Notes: generated from the sequence alone by a model not told the origin. A stretch of 64,000 bases of DNA from Methanoregula sp. (GCA_035515395.1 DATJBJ010000083.1:25-64024), one strand, 5' to 3'. Positions 1-12,500 are shown, numbered from the stretch's first letter. Numbers and translations are program-made.

Positions 1-23
1 TTTCCGACGCTTAAGTAACGTTA

Positions 24-617
24 ATGTTTATTCCTGCTCTTATATTACAGGTATTGGAGTGCTACATTATTAGTATCGAGTCCTTCATAATACCATTGCT
101 CTCCGCCCTCTGGCTCATGCTTCCTGCCTATGTTCCCAACCCCGTTGCCGCTCTCTTTGGAGGAGGGATGCCTGTTGATCTCGGCAGGAACTTTTCCGAC
201 GGGCGACGATGGTTCGGGGACGGTAAGACGTACCGGGGTTTCATCCTCGGGGTCGTCGCCGGAATCGGTGTGGGCCTGATTGAAATATGGGTATCGGGGG
301 CGTACGGTCTCCCGTTCCTCCCGCAGCACACATTCACTTCAATAACGTTCCTCGCTTCCGGTGCACTTCTTGGCGATCTCGTCAAAAGCTTCTTCAAGAG
401 AAGGCTTGGAAAGGAACGGGGAGAGAAATGGCTGCTCGCAGATATGTACGACCTCGTGGCAGGGGCACTTCTCCTCATGCTCATCGCAGATCCCTCATGG
501 CTCGCTGCCAATGTGACTCTTGGGACCTTCATCGGTATACTTATCCTGACTCCTGTCCTTCACCGGTCAGTGAACATTATCGGGTACCTCATCAAAGTTA
601 AGGAAGTGCCATGGTGA
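24..617 (+). CDS. carS: CDP-archaeol synthase (CDP-2,3-bis-(O-geranylgeranyl)-sn-glycerol synthase); start codon uncertain
   Basis: MLPAYVPN...PVDLG..DGRRWFGDGKTYRG, GDLVKSFFKRR..G, D.YD motifs; multi-TM; C-terminal K.VPW; overlaps pyrE. Confidence 0.9.
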   Translation: MFIPALILQVLECYIISIESFIIPLLSALWLMLPAYVPNPVAALFGGGMPVDLGRNFSDGRRWFGDGKTYRGFILGVVAGIGVGLIEIWVSGAYGLPFLPQHTFTSITFLASGALLGDLVKSFFKRRLGKERGEKWLLADMYDLVAGALLLMLIADPSWLAANVTLGTFIGILILTPVLHRSVNIIGYLIKVKEVPW

Positions 618-1123
618 CGAGAATCGGAAACCTCCTCCTGAAATTCAAGGCGATCGAGTTCGGGGATTTTACCCTCGCATCAGGCGCGAAGAGCAGGTAC
701 TACGTTGACGTGAAATCTGCGGTCACGCATCCCGAGCTGCTGTCGGAGATTGCACGGGAAGTATCCTCCCGTCATGAATTCGATGTGATTGCAGGAGTGG
801 CAGTTGGCGGCGTCCCTCTTGCCGTAGCGGTATCGCTCGAGAGCAAAAAACCGTATGCAATCATCCGGGCAGCGGAGAAGAGTCATGGGAAGAAGGATAT
901 TGTCATCGGCAGCGTACGGGGGAAGAATGTCCTTCTCATTGAAGATGTAACCACATCGGGTGGCTCGGCACTGTACGGAATCGAGTCGCTCCGTTCTGCC
1001 GGTGCTGTCGCAGACAGGGTTATCACGGTCGTTGACCGCGAGCAGGGGGCAGAGGCCTCGCTTCACGGTCACCATATCCGGCTGATCCCTCTCGTGAGGA
1101 TCAGCGAGATCAGGCAAGGGTAG
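611..1123 (+). CDS. pyrE: orotate phosphoribosyltransferase
   Basis: FGDFTLASG.KS.YYVD and PRPP loop VLLIEDVTTSGGS. Confidence 0.95.
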   Translation: MVTRIGNLLLKFKAIEFGDFTLASGAKSRYYVDVKSAVTHPELLSEIAREVSSRHEFDVIAGVAVGGVPLAVAVSLESKKPYAIIRAAEKSHGKKDIVIGSVRGKNVLLIEDVTTSGGSALYGIESLRSAGAVADRVITVVDREQGAEASLHGHHIRLIPLVRISEIRQG

Positions 1124-1151
1124 GACTTTTTAGGAAAGGACGGCCTAGTAC

Positions 1152-2444
1152 ATGGATATGAAGATCGTCGTTGTAGGGGGGGGAGGCCGGGAACACGCGA
1201 TCGCGAGTGCCCTCGCCCGCAACGGGGAGACCGAAATTTTTTCGGTCATGACGAAACGGAACCCGGGGATCGGGAAGCTCGCGAAAAAGATCCTCCTTTC
1301 CCAGGAGACAGACGTCCCCCGGATCGTCACGTTTGCGCTGGAGACCGGGTCAGAGTATGCGTTCATCGGGCCGGAGGCGCCGCTCGAAGCCGGCGTCGTT
1401 GATGCCCTTGAAGCCGCAGGGATTTCCTGCGTCGGCCCTACGAAGGCAGCGGCCCGGCTCGAGACAGACAAAGCATTCTGCAGGGATCTGATGGAGCGTC
1501 AGGCGATTGAAGGGTGCCCAATGTACCGGGTATTTTATGACAGGGGGGAGGCGATCTCATTCATCCGGGATTATGAAGGAGATCTTGCGGTCAAACCCGT
1601 AGGCCTCACGGGAGGTAAAGGGGTCCGGATCATGGGCGAGCAGGTCGACCGCGAGGGTGCAATCGCGTACGTGAAGACACTCGACGGGGGCGTCGTCCTC
1701 GAGGAACGCCTCATCGGGGAGGAATTCACCCTGCAGGCATTCGTCGACGGTAACCATCTCATCCCGATGCCCCTCGTGCAGGACCACAAGCGTGCCTTCG
1801 ACGGGGACACAGGGCCCAACACCGGGGGGATGGGCTCGTATTCGATGCCGGACCACCGGCTTCCCTTTGTCTCCCACCAGGACCACGAGAAAGCGCTCAA
1901 AATCATGATCTCAATCGTTGCGGCTATGGAACGGACCGGCCAGCCTTACAAGGGTATCCTTTACGGGCAGTTCATGAACACGGCCGCCGGCCCGAAAGTG
2001 ATCGAGTTCAATGCCCGGTTCGGCGATCCTGAGGCGATGAACGTCCTCCCGCTCCTGGAATCGGACCTCACCGGAATCGTCCGGAGGATCACGGAAGGTT
2101 CCCTGGGTTCTGCGGGCGTCTCTTTCAGAAAGAAGGCGACAGTCTGCAAATATCTCGTTCCTGAAGGATACCCGGGAGGCTCCCGTGCCGGAGATCCTGT
2201 CCGGCTCGGTCCCCGGAACAATGCGCTCCTGTATTACGCCAATGTCGAGGAACGCGGCAGCAGCCTTGTCACCCTGTTGTCACGGACCCTGGCCTTTGTC
2301 GGCATGGGGGATACTCTCGAAGAAGCCGAACGGATTGCCGAAGGTGCTGCGGCAGCCGTCACCGGGAAGGTCCGGCACCGCCGCGACATAGGAACAAGGG
2401 AGCTGCTGGAGAAACGGATCGCCCATATGAAGGAGCTGCGATGA
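1152..2444 (+). CDS. purD: phosphoribosylamine--glycine ligase
   Basis: [43 protein letters not shown]. Confidence 0.97.
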   Translation: MDMKIVVVGGGGREHAIASALARNGETEIFSVMTKRNPGIGKLAKKILLSQETDVPRIVTFALETGSEYAFIGPEAPLEAGVVDALEAAGISCVGPTKAAARLETDKAFCRDLMERQAIEGCPMYRVFYDRGEAISFIRDYEGDLAVKPVGLTGGKGVRIMGEQVDREGAIAYVKTLDGGVVLEERLIGEEFTLQAFVDGNHLIPMPLVQDHKRAFDGDTGPNTGGMGSYSMPDHRLPFVSHQDHEKALKIMISIVAAMERTGQPYKGILYGQFMNTAAGPKVIEFNARFGDPEAMNVLPLLESDLTGIVRRITEGSLGSAGVSFRKKATVCKYLVPEGYPGGSRAGDPVRLGPRNNALLYYANVEERGSSLVTLLSRTLAFVGMGDTLEEAERIAEGAAAAVTGKVRHRRDIGTRELLEKRIAHMKELR

Positions 2445-3352
2445 AGAAAGATTTCCTCTCGATACTGGATATCAACCGGCAGGAGCTTGAAAAGATCCTG
2501 TCCGAAGCAAGGAGCCTGAAAGCGCTCAAGAAGAAAGGCAAGGTCCACGATTACCTCCGGGGCAAGAACCTCGCGATGATCTTCGAGAAGTCCTCCACGC
2601 GGACCCACATCTCGTTCGAGGTCGGGATGAACGAGCTCGGGGGGCATGCCCTCTTCCTCAACGCCCGTGATATGCAGATCTGGCGGGGTGAGGAGATTCG
2701 CGACACTGCGAGGGCAGCCTCACGCTATGTCTCCGGTATCATGATCCGCGCCTACAAGCACAGCACGATCGAGGAGTTTGCCCGCCATGCCACCATCCCT
2801 GTCATCAACGGCCTTTCGGACCTCGAGCATCCCTGCCAGCTGCTGGCCGATATCATGACCATGCAGGAGCACTTCGGTTCGACCAGGGACCTCAACGTTG
2901 CATGGGTCGGCGACGGGAACAATGTCTGTAACTCCCTGATCCTCTCGACGGCGCTCACGGGATCGAAAGTCACAGTCGCGACTCCGGCTGGGTACGAGCC
3001 GCCGGAGACGATTGTGAAGAAGGCGCAGAAGCTCGGCGGGAAGGTCGCGCTCGTCCGGAAGCCCGAGAAGGCCGTGGCCGGTGCTGACGTCATCGTCACC
3101 GATACCTGGGTCTCGATGGGCGATGAGAAGGAGCGGGAAGAGCGGATCCAGTCGTTCCGGAAATTCACCGTGGACTCGACGCTCCTCAGGCATGCCTCTC
3201 CCGAAGCACGTGTCCTCCACTGCCTCCCTGCACACCGGGGAGAGGAGATTACGGACGACGTGATGGAAGGTGGCCAGAGCCTCGTATGGGACGAGGCTGA
3301 GAACCGGCTCCATGCGCAGAAGGCGCTTCTCGTCCGGCTGCTCAAAAATTAA
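2441..3352 (+). CDS. argF: ornithine carbamoyltransferase
   Basis: [40 protein letters not shown]. Confidence 0.96.
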   Translation: MKKDFLSILDINRQELEKILSEARSLKALKKKGKVHDYLRGKNLAMIFEKSSTRTHISFEVGMNELGGHALFLNARDMQIWRGEEIRDTARAASRYVSGIMIRAYKHSTIEEFARHATIPVINGLSDLEHPCQLLADIMTMQEHFGSTRDLNVAWVGDGNNVCNSLILSTALTGSKVTVATPAGYEPPETIVKKAQKLGGKVALVRKPEKAVAGADVIVTDTWVSMGDEKEREERIQSFRKFTVDSTLLRHASPEARVLHCLPAHRGEEITDDVMEGGQSLVWDEAENRLHAQKALLVRLLKN

Positions 3353-3364
3353 CGAAAAAAAATC

Positions 3365-3604
3365 CTATTTCTCTTTTACGAACTCATTCAGTTGCTGGAG
3401 CATGTACTTCTCTACCTGTTGGATCACGTCCAGTTTTCCGCGGAACGCAAGAAGGTTTCTCTCATCGCCTTCCATATTGCCAAATTTGATTTTTTCGAGG
3501 CGTTCAACCACCTTCACGTCAAATTTGCCCGATATCTCGATGATCAACTTCATCGGCACGCCAGGTGGGATCAGAATATCATAGAGCTGCTCTTCATCTG
3601 CCAT
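3365..3604 (-). CDS. conserved hypothetical small protein (methanogen type)
   Basis: 79-aa ORF with natural composition (YDILIPPGVP...LLAFRG); lies directly downstream of the marker-14 gene. Confidence 0.75.
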   Translation of the reverse strand: MADEEQLYDILIPPGVPMKLIIEISGKFDVKVVERLEKIKFGNMEGDERNLLAFRGKLDVIQQVEKYMLQQLNEFVKEK

Positions 3605-3665
3605 TGGTACATCGTTTCACGGTGATATTTTATAACCTGTCGGTATGTCTCCGATAAAACCGGGA

Positions 3666-5165
3666 TTATCTGCCTATCTTTACCCGCCTGCTCATGATAC
3701 ACGGGCCGCCGCGTACTCCCCCGATGGGATTTTTCGGTTTGCCGAGGGAGTTCATGCATCGACCCATCAGGGCAGCGCCACGGGCAAGGCCGTCGTCAAC
3801 GAATACGAGGTGATCGTTCGGATCGTCGAAGAGGTTTCGCGCCGTAATCCCCTCGAGGATATACTCCGGTTTCCTGCCGGAGATTGCGGCCCTTCCCGTG
3901 AACCCGATCGAGGAATTCCTCGGGACGAGGTTCTTATCGACCGCGACGTCGATCAGGCGCAGGGCCATCCGTGCGCACACCCGGTCTACGACCTGGTTGA
4001 GGGTGGCGAGGTTGTAGTTCTTGTGGATCTCCGCGCCGATAGCGACGAGCTGGTCGAGATCGCTCGAATTCACCCCGCAGTCGCAACCGATCATCGCGAT
4101 CCCCGACTCGGCGGCGAGCTTTGCATTGACCGGCACCCTCCCGAACCGGTCCCTGTCCGCAGGGACGATCCGGATGTCGATATATCGGTGGCACCGGTCC
4201 ACGAACCCGTCCACGACCTTCCGGTTCCCCCCGGCGAAGAGGCCTCCGATGACGCTATGCTCGCCGAAGATGTCAAGCGCAGTCCCCGTCCGGGCATCGA
4301 CCATCCCGGTCCCCCGGACGATGGCGTCCGGAATTGCACCGGCAAGGCCGCAGAAGTTCCCGACGGTCTTTGCAAACGGGTTGGGATCGTCCTTCCCGAC
4401 GTCGCTCGTGATCCTTCCGTCAAGGGTTGTCCCGAAATCGACCGAGACGCAGGGATTGCGGAAATCCACCGGTGTCCACTTGGCCCCCTCTTTGATCCCG
4501 GCCATCGCGAGTTCACCTTCCATCTCGTTTGCTACCATCTCTACACCGGTCGATCCTACCGGGGGGATGACACCGGCAACGGCACCGATGAAGACTACTT
4601 TGTCGGCAAAGGAGAATGGCTGAAGTTTCTCGGGCTGATTTGCCTTCGACATCGGGGGTGTCATCTTCCGGGGGGGGACACCGGCCATGAGGCAGCCGTT
4701 CGCAAGTGCGATGACAAAGTCCCCCACCTGGTCCGGTGACTCCATCTCAGCAACGACACCCGTGCTCCGCACGACAAAGTCCAGGTCCTTTTCTATGTCA
4801 AGGTGTGCCTCTTTGTGGCACCGGATGAGCGTATCCCGGACGAGTTCAGTGACCGACTCCCGCGTCAGCTCGGTGCCGTCAAGGGTAGCGCCGAAGATCT
4901 TCTCGCCGGGTTTGGGCTTCCGGATGTCCCTGCTCATACTCACCGTCTTATTGATGACGTATGACATCCCGGTCTCGAGGTTCACGCCGGTCAGGATGCA
5001 TTTGGTGGTGGTATTCCCCATCTCTACGGATGCCACGATGAAATACGGCTTGTTCCGGTATTCAGGCACCTGCATGCCGGGACCGTGCGTAATCGCCGGC
5101 GGGGGAGGACTCTCGACGATATGGGGCTTTGGTCTGATAAACCGCGAAAAAAAACCGGCGCTCAT
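3666..5165 (-). CDS. methanogenesis marker protein 14 (ASKHA-type, DUF2114)
   Basis: SVEMGNTTTKCILTG, VDFGTTLDGR, VDDGLARGAALMGRCMNSLG; start trimmed to MSAGFF. Confidence 0.9.
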   Translation of the reverse strand: MSAGFFSRFIRPKPHIVESPPPPAITHGPGMQVPEYRNKPYFIVASVEMGNTTTKCILTGVNLETGMSYVINKTVSMSRDIRKPKPGEKIFGATLDGTELTRESVTELVRDTLIRCHKEAHLDIEKDLDFVVRSTGVVAEMESPDQVGDFVIALANGCLMAGVPPRKMTPPMSKANQPEKLQPFSFADKVVFIGAVAGVIPPVGSTGVEMVANEMEGELAMAGIKEGAKWTPVDFRNPCVSVDFGTTLDGRITSDVGKDDPNPFAKTVGNFCGLAGAIPDAIVRGTGMVDARTGTALDIFGEHSVIGGLFAGGNRKVVDGFVDRCHRYIDIRIVPADRDRFGRVPVNAKLAAESGIAMIGCDCGVNSSDLDQLVAIGAEIHKNYNLATLNQVVDRVCARMALRLIDVAVDKNLVPRNSSIGFTGRAAISGRKPEYILEGITARNLFDDPNDHLVFVDDGLARGAALMGRCMNSLGKPKNPIGGVRGGPCIMSRRVKIGR

Positions 5166-5298
5166 AGTACCGGATTCTCCTCTGTCAATCCTTATACGTT
5201 TCGATTTTTCCCGGTATGGGTCGGATGTCAGGGAATACGGAAAGATGCAGCTGGCGTAAAGAAAACCTTCATCTCGCAACAAAGAAAGAACGGTCACT

Positions 5299-7545
5299 AT
5301 GCCGGAGGCACTGGAACTCTACCTCACCGGGATGACATTCCAGAAATCCGGGAGACACCGGGAGGCAATCCTCGCGTTCGACCGGGCGATCGCCATCGAT
5401 CCGTCGTTTACCGGCGTGTGGACCGGAAAGGGGCTTTCGCACGCGTATATTGGCGAATACGATGAGTGCCTCCGCTCATTTGACAGGGCAATCTCGCTGG
5501 ATGCACAGAATGCCTTCACCTGGTATACCGATGGCCTCGCCCTCCACCTGCTCGGGAGGGATAAGGAGGCCCTCGCTGCCTTCGACGCTGCACTGAAGCT
5601 GGAGAGCTCCCATGCCCTCGCATGGTTCGGCAAGGGACTTGCATACCGGGGGCTCGGGGAGAACGAACGGGCTCTTGCAGCGGAGGAAAAAGCACGCAAC
5701 CTCGCCCCGGGAACTACCGAACCCTTCATCGGCCTTGGGCTGGTGCACATGGCTCTCGGCGAACCCGGAAGGGCACGCGAAATGTTCGATATGGCCCTTT
5801 CCCTCGATCCCGATTCTCCTCAGGCCCTTGCAGGACGGGGGTGGTCGGAGATGGGACTCGGTCTGGTTCCTCAGGCCCGGAGCACGTTTGACAGGCTCGT
5901 ATCAGCCGATCCGGAAAAAGCGGAGGGCTTCCTCGGAAGGTCTGCGGCGAATCTGGAACAGGGGGAGTACATCAGGGCACGGGAGGATGCGGACCGGGCG
6001 CTTTCCCTTGTTCCGGATTACGGCGACGCGTGGCTGTTTCGGGGTGTCGCTCTGGGGAGAACCGGCCACCGGAAAGAGGCGCTTGAATCGTTCGACCGTG
6101 CGCTCGCCTTCGATCCAGGGCTTGCCGTCGCATGGTACACCGAAGGAAGGTTGTTCCGTTGGGTAAGCAGGAGCGAAGGAACCCTGGGGATGTACCGGCG
6201 CGCGAGGCCCATCAATCCCAACGCTGCGGAAGCGTGGAGCAGCAGGGCGTTTGAGCTCGATCGGGGCGGGCAGTTCGAGGTCGCGGTCAGTGCGTATGAC
6301 GAAGAACTTTCAGCAAACCCGGAACGGGCTCTGCTCTGGTACAACAAGGGGATCTCTCTTGACATGCTGGGAAGGCATGACGAGTCGGTTGTTGCATACG
6401 AAAGTGCCGTGGCAATAGACCCGGTTCTTTCGGTTGCACACTACAACCAGGGGATTGCGTATTTCGAAGAAGAACAGTTTATCAACGCGCTTTCGGCCTT
6501 CGATAAAGCGCTCTCGGTAAATCCCCGGTCGGCCGTCACCTGGTACAACCGCGGGATCGTGTGCGGGGTACTGGGGAGGAGCGCTGAGGAACTGGAAGCA
6601 TACGACAAAGCGATTGCCATCAACCCCAATTTTGTGGCAGCGCTCTACAACCGGGGAGTAGTACTTGGCAGCACCGGAAGGTTTGATGATGCACTCGCTT
6701 CGTACGCACGCGTCCTTGCTCTCGATCCGGGCCTGAAGAGGGGATGGTTTAACCGGGGGGTCATTGACAGCAGGAACGGCGATTACGAGCAATCGCTGCA
6801 GGCCTTCGATACCGTGCTCAGGCTGGATCCCTGTTCCGGCATCGCTTGGTTCAACAGAGCTCTACTCCTCAACACGCTCGGACGGGAAGTCGAGGCAAAG
6901 GACTCCTTCGCAAAGACAAGGGAACTTGCCCCGGGGCACGCCATCCAGCGCATGAGTGGCGGAGGGGCGTGGTACAACGGGCAGAAGGTCGACCATGATC
7001 CTGTATACGTAAGGGATACGGCCACTTTCAACCGTCGCGATGCCCGTGAATGGGCCCTGAAAGCCCGTTCCCTGCTCCGTGAGAACAGGCCGGAAGAGGC
7101 GCTGATGGCGATGGACCGTGCTCTTGAAATCTGGCAGGACGATCACGCCATGCACTACATCCGGGGACTCATCCTTGCCAGGCTCGGGAGATCCGAAGAA
7201 GCCCTCCGCGAATTCGAAAGATTCCTCCTTTCAGATCCCGAAAATGCCCCGGCATGGAATAACATCGGTCAAATCCATTTGCGGGAAGAGAACGCCGCGG
7301 AGGCGCTCGCGGCGTTTGACCGGGCAGTTACCCTGGATCCCTACTATGCGCACGCCTGGAACAACCGGGGAATCGCCCTGATGAAACTCAAACGGTTTCC
7401 GAAAGCCCTGGCCTCGTTCGATCGTTCCCTTGCGATCGATCCCTCGGATACACTGGCTGCGAAAAACCGGAGGGCCGCAGAACAGAATCTCGCCGCACCG
7501 GATGCTGCCGGCGAAAAGAAAAGTCACGACAGCGTTCTCTCCTGA
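5299..7545 (+). CDS. tetratricopeptide repeat protein
   Basis: many 34-aa repeats of type AWYNRG..L..LGR..EAL..FD.AL..DP. Confidence 0.92.
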   Translation: MPEALELYLTGMTFQKSGRHREAILAFDRAIAIDPSFTGVWTGKGLSHAYIGEYDECLRSFDRAISLDAQNAFTWYTDGLALHLLGRDKEALAAFDAALKLESSHALAWFGKGLAYRGLGENERALAAEEKARNLAPGTTEPFIGLGLVHMALGEPGRAREMFDMALSLDPDSPQALAGRGWSEMGLGLVPQARSTFDRLVSADPEKAEGFLGRSAANLEQGEYIRAREDADRALSLVPDYGDAWLFRGVALGRTGHRKEALESFDRALAFDPGLAVAWYTEGRLFRWVSRSEGTLGMYRRARPINPNAAEAWSSRAFELDRGGQFEVAVSAYDEELSANPERALLWYNKGISLDMLGRHDESVVAYESAVAIDPVLSVAHYNQGIAYFEEEQFINALSAFDKALSVNPRSAVTWYNRGIVCGVLGRSAEELEAYDKAIAINPNFVAALYNRGVVLGSTGRFDDALASYARVLALDPGLKRGWFNRGVIDSRNGDYEQSLQAFDTVLRLDPCSGIAWFNRALLLNTLGREVEAKDSFAKTRELAPGHAIQRMSGGGAWYNGQKVDHDPVYVRDTATFNRRDAREWALKARSLLRENRPEEALMAMDRALEIWQDDHAMHYIRGLILARLGRSEEALREFERFLLSDPENAPAWNNIGQIHLREENAAEALAAFDRAVTLDPYYAHAWNNRGIALMKLKRFPKALASFDRSLAIDPSDTLAAKNRRAAEQNLAAPDAAGEKKSHDSVLS

Positions 7546-7621
7546 ATAATTCATCACCCGTAGGAGGCGGAAACCGGCCCGCCTCTGTAATACACCTGAG
7601 AAAAATGAAAAATTCAGGAGA

Positions 7622-8818
7622 CTAACGGTTCTTTTTCCGTCGCAGCTGCCGGACCATCCTCCCCTGGATACCGAAGTACTGGGAGACGCCGACGGCATGG
7701 CACTGGTCGATCGTACTGCTATCAAAAGAGACGAGCTCGCCCGAATAGATTGCATCGGGGGAGCTCCTGCCGAGGACCTTCACGCTGCCTTTGAAAAGTT
7801 CGAGATCGACTTCCCCGTTGACCCTTTTCTGGGTGGTGTCGATGAATGCACTCAGGGCAGCATACAAAGGTTCATAGACAAGACCCATGTAAGCAAGCTC
7901 GGACCACTCATCGTCCACGATCCGCTTGAACTTGAGTTCCTGCCGGGTGAGGACGAGCCCTTCGAGGTCGCGGTGGGCGGCGAGGATGACGGTTGCAGCA
8001 GGGTGCTCATAGTTCTCCCGGGCCTTGAGCCCGAGAATCCGGTCTTCGATCATATCGTTGCGGCCGATACCATGTTTTCCCGCAATGGCGTTCAGTTTCT
8101 GGATCAATTCGTACCCGCCGATTTTTTTGCCGTTTAAAGCAACCGGCACCCCTTCCCTGAATCTGAGGCTGAGTCTCTGCGGCTTGTCGGGAGTCTTCTC
8201 CACCGGGACGGTCCAGAGATAGATCTCCTCCGGCGGATGGTATGCGGGGTCTTCGAGCCTGCCGCCCTCGATGCTCCGGCTCCAGCAGTTCTCGTCCATG
8301 CTCCACGGCTTGTCCTTCTTTACCGGCACGGGAATGTTGTGCTGTTTCGCGTACTCGATCTCCCATTCCCGGGTAAGATTGTGCTCGCGGATCGGTGCCA
8401 CGACCTCCAGGCCGGCCCCCCGGATGACAACATCGAACCTGAGCTGGTCGTTGCCTTTTCCGGTGCAGCCGTGCCCGACGGCAGTCGCCCCCTCCTTCTT
8501 TGCAACCCTGACGACCTCTTCCGCGATGAGGGGCCGCGCGAGCGATGTTCCCATCGGGTAACCTTCGTACGAGCCGTTTGCCTTGATCGCCGGGAAGATA
8601 TGCTCCCGGACAAACTTCTCGCGGGCGTCGATGGTGTAGTGCCGGTCGGCAAGTTTTTTACCTTTCTTTGTCGCGGCGTCGATCTCTTCGTCGCGCTGGC
8701 CGACATTCACCGCCACGGTGACTACCCGGTCGTAGTTATACCGCTCTTTTAAGAGCGGGATACAGATCGATGTGTCCAGCCCCCCGGAATATGCAAGTAC
8801 GATGGTCCCTTTTCCCAT
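7622..8818 (-). CDS. argG: argininosuccinate synthase
   Basis: [30 protein letters not shown]. Confidence 0.97.
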   Translation of the reverse strand: MGKGTIVLAYSGGLDTSICIPLLKERYNYDRVVTVAVNVGQRDEEIDAATKKGKKLADRHYTIDAREKFVREHIFPAIKANGSYEGYPMGTSLARPLIAEEVVRVAKKEGATAVGHGCTGKGNDQLRFDVVIRGAGLEVVAPIREHNLTREWEIEYAKQHNIPVPVKKDKPWSMDENCWSRSIEGGRLEDPAYHPPEEIYLWTVPVEKTPDKPQRLSLRFREGVPVALNGKKIGGYELIQKLNAIAGKHGIGRNDMIEDRILGLKARENYEHPAATVILAAHRDLEGLVLTRQELKFKRIVDDEWSELAYMGLVYEPLYAALSAFIDTTQKRVNGEVDLELFKGSVKVLGRSSPDAIYSGELVSFDSSTIDQCHAVGVSQYFGIQGRMVRQLRRKKNR

Positions 8819-8982
8819 GAACATTCTCTCCTTATCCTGTTGCGGGTACTACAGATTTGCCGTAACAGCATATATATCCAAAATATCCGGAGAATCGGAG
8901 ATACCGTCCCGGGGACTTCATTGAGGAAGAACAGCAAAAAAAGGTGTCCAGGTTTTTCTGAACGGTATCGGTTTTGAAAAAT

Positions 8983-9465
8983 TTACGATGAAGTTACGAC
9001 GATCTTTCCGGTCAGCTGGGGCTGGAAGGTGGTCGTGTAATCGTAGGATCCGACTTTCGTGAAGGTATACGAGAAGGACTGGCCATACGGTATGCTGGCC
9101 ATTCCGCCGAACGAGGTCGAAGAGATCCCGTGGGGCTTGAGCGCGTCGTTGTTCTTCCAGACCACCATGGTTCCGACCGGAACAATAACTGTTGCACCCG
9201 GCGAGAGGGTCAGATCCTGGGTGAAAGCGATCGTGACCGTGGGCACCGGTGTCGGGGTTGCCGTCGCCGTCGCATTGGGAGTTACGTTCGCCGTCACGTT
9301 AGCTGTCGGAACAGCGGTAGGAACCATGGTCGGGACTGTGGTAGCAACAACCGTCGGGACTTCGGTGGGTGTCGGCGTGGCTGCAGGTGTTGCCGGCTGG
9401 GATGTGCATCCCGCGAGCAAAATCCCGATAAACAGGATTGCGAGAACAACAAGAAGTTTCTTCAT
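8983..9465 (-). CDS. lipoprotein with Pro/Thr linker and cupredoxin (plastocyanin-like) domain lacking most Cu ligands
   Basis: lipobox LLAGC; PT-rich linker; VGTMVVWKNND..PH, FSYTFTKVGSYDY. Confidence 0.8.
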   Translation of the reverse strand: MKKLLVVLAILFIGILLAGCTSQPATPAATPTPTEVPTVVATTVPTMVPTAVPTANVTANVTPNATATATPTPVPTVTIAFTQDLTLSPGATVIVPVGTMVVWKNNDALKPHGISSTSFGGMASIPYGQSFSYTFTKVGSYDYTTTFQPQLTGKIVVTSS

Positions 9466-9594
9466 GCATGTTTTTTTGGTTATTTCGGTATATAAGGATA
9501 TTCTATTATTTTTTCAGAGCCCGGCTCCGTTGTGGAAGAGAGATGGATCTTCGTTGTTGCATCCTAAGGCAAATCGCCGGTTCTCCGGTGGATC

Positions 9595-12500
9595 TCAATT
9601 CAGGTAATGGCTGATGGGCTCAAGGGTCATCTTCTCGCGCTTGATTGCGTCAATGGCAAGGGCTGCGGCCCGCGCTGCCTGGATGGTTGTGATATAGGGG
9701 ATCCCGAGATCTACTGCCGCCCGCATGATCTGGTAGTGATCCTCGCGTGACTGCCTGCCCTGCGGCGTGTTGATGATGAGCCGGATCTCACCGTGGCGCA
9801 TCATGTCCAGTACGTTCGGGGAGCCCTCCTGGACCTTCCGGACGAGGTGGGCCTCAACCCCGGCTTCGTACAGGTAATCGACCGTACCTTCGGTGCCGTA
9901 GAGTGTCAGCCCGAGGTCCCGGAGCTGGCGGGCGATCGGGATCACCTCGTCCTTCTGGGCGATGTTGACCGAGATGAAGATGTTGCCCTTGAGCGGCAGC
10001 TCGTTGTCTGCGGAGATAGACGCTTTGTAGAACGCGAGCCCGAAGTCGTAGTCGATCCCCATCACCTCACCGGTGCTCTTCATCTCGGGCCCGAGCATCG
10101 TATCGACGCCGGCGAGCTTGTTGAACGGCAGGAGGACCTCCTTGACAGCGACATGCCCGATCTCCCGTTCCCGGTACCCGAGCTCGCTGAGTTTCCTCCC
10201 CACCATCACCTTTGCCGCAAGTTTCGCGACCGGGATACCGGTAGCTTTTGAAACGAAGGGTACGGTCCGGCTGGCCCGCGGGTTCGCTTCAAGCACGTAG
10301 ACGACGTTGTCCTGAACGGCAAGCTGGAGGTTGACGAGTCCTACGACACCAAGGCCAAGTGCGATCTTCCGCGTATACTCCCGCACGGTAGTGACCACCG
10401 TGGGGGAGAGGGACTGGGTGGGAATGACGCAGGCAGAATCCCCGGAATGGATGCCGGCCTGCTCGATGTGTTCCATAATGCCCCCTATCAGGACTTCGGT
10501 GCCATCACAGACTGCATCCACGTCGAGCTCGACCGCGTGACCGAGGTATGAATCGATAAGCACCGGGTGCTGGGGGCTTGCCAGCACCTCCTCTTTCTTC
10601 ATATAGGCCTCGAGATCGTTCGCGTCGTGGACGATCTCCATAGCCCGCCCTCCGAGGACATATGACGGCCTGACAAGGACCGGATAACCGATTTGTCCGG
10701 CCCTCTCCCTGGCCTCCTCCTTGGATCGTGCGGACGCATTGGGGGGGCTCGGGATCGTAAGCCGGTCGAGAAGCACGCTGAACCGGTCCCGGTCTTCCGC
10801 GATATCCATCGCGTCGGGGCTCGTCCCGAGGATCCTTGTGGGAAGGCCCAACCGCTGGATCTCCTTCTCGATAGGCACCGCGAGGTTGACCGCGTTCTGG
10901 CCCCCGAACTGGACCATAACACCGTAGTAGTGGTCTTTCCGGAGGATATTCATGACATCCTCGAGCTGCATCGGCTCGAAGAAGAGGCGGTCGGAGGTAT
11001 CGAAGTCGGTCGATACGGTCTCCGGGTTGTTATTAACGATGTGGACCTCGACCCCTTCCTCCCGGAGTGCCTGGACGGCGTGGACCGTGCAATAATCGAA
11101 CTCGATTCCCTGTCCGATGCGTATCGGACCGGAACCGAGGATGAGGACCTTTTGCCGGTCATTCGGGACGATCTCGCAGATGGGTTCCCGGGCCGAATAG
11201 AAGTAGGGCGTACTCGCAGGGAACTCCGCTGCGCAGGTGTCCACCATCTTGTAAGACGGCAGGCCGGCAACTGCCTCGATCCCGGTCACCGCCAGACCGG
11301 TTATCTTTGCGATCTCCGCATTCGAGAACCCGAATTTCTTTGCCTTTTCGATATCCGCAGCACCGTGGCTTTCTGCAAGGTGCCGTTCGAACCCGACGAT
11401 GTTCCGGATCTTTTCGAGAAAAAAGGGTGTGATTGAAGTGAGGTTCGTGATCTCTTCAAGGGTGAAGCCCTGCCGGAAGGCATCAAAGAGACAGTGGAAC
11501 CGCTCGTCGGTGGGCCGGGTCAGGATCATCCGGATCTCGCTCGGGCTCGTGTGGGACCGCACTTCGGTATCGAGCGACCGCTTGGCCTTCATGAAGGCCT
11601 CCTCGAGCGTCCGACCGATCGCCATGACCTCACCGGTACTCTTCATAGAAGTCGATAGCGTCCGGTCTGCGCCCTTGAACTTGTCGAACGGCCACCGGGG
11701 AACCTTGACCACGATGTAATCGATAGTCGGTTCGAAGGATGCCGGCGTGCACCCGGTGACGGTGTTCGTGATCTCGTCAAGGCGCATCCCGATCGCGATC
11801 TTCGCGGCGACCCGGGCTATCGGGTACCCGGTCGCCTTCGAAGCGAGAGCCGATGAACGGGAGACCCGCGGGTTGACTTCGATGACCCGGTAGTCCCCGT
11901 CACAGAACGCGAACTGGACATTGCAGCCGCCCTGAACATCGAGTGCCCGGATAATATGGATTGCAGCGCTCCGCATCATCTGGTACTCGTCATCGCGAAG
12001 GGTCAGGATGGGGGCGACGACGACACTCTCTCCGGTGTGGATGCCCATCGGGTCAACGTTCTCCATCCCGCAGACGATGATACAGGTGTCGGCTGCATCC
12101 CGCATTACCTCGAACTCGATCTCCTTCCAGCCAAGGACGCTTTCTTCGATGAGCACCTGGTGGATACGGGATCGGGAGAGCCCGAGCTCGATGATCCGGA
12201 CCAGTTCTTCCTTCGTCTTTCCGATACCTCCGCCTGCACCGCCAAGCGTGTACGCGGGCCGGACGACGGCCGGGAGACCGACTTCTTTTATCGCCTCATC
12301 GATCTGGCTCAGGGAGTTGATGACTACGCTCTTTGGGACCGGCTCACCGATCGCGTTCATGAGGTCCCGGAACTTCTCACGGTCCTCGCCCTTGTAGATC
12401 GCTTCGAGCGGCGTGCCGAGGATCTCAACGTTTTTCAGGGCGCCCATCTCGGCGAGCTCGGCGGTGAGGTTGAGCCCGGTCTGCCCGCCCATGCCGGAGA

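Noticed and set aside
2600-2690. Unusual residues in ArgF (STRTH, QIWRGE)
   Set aside because: All catalytic motifs are intact; may be single substitutions or a base-call error
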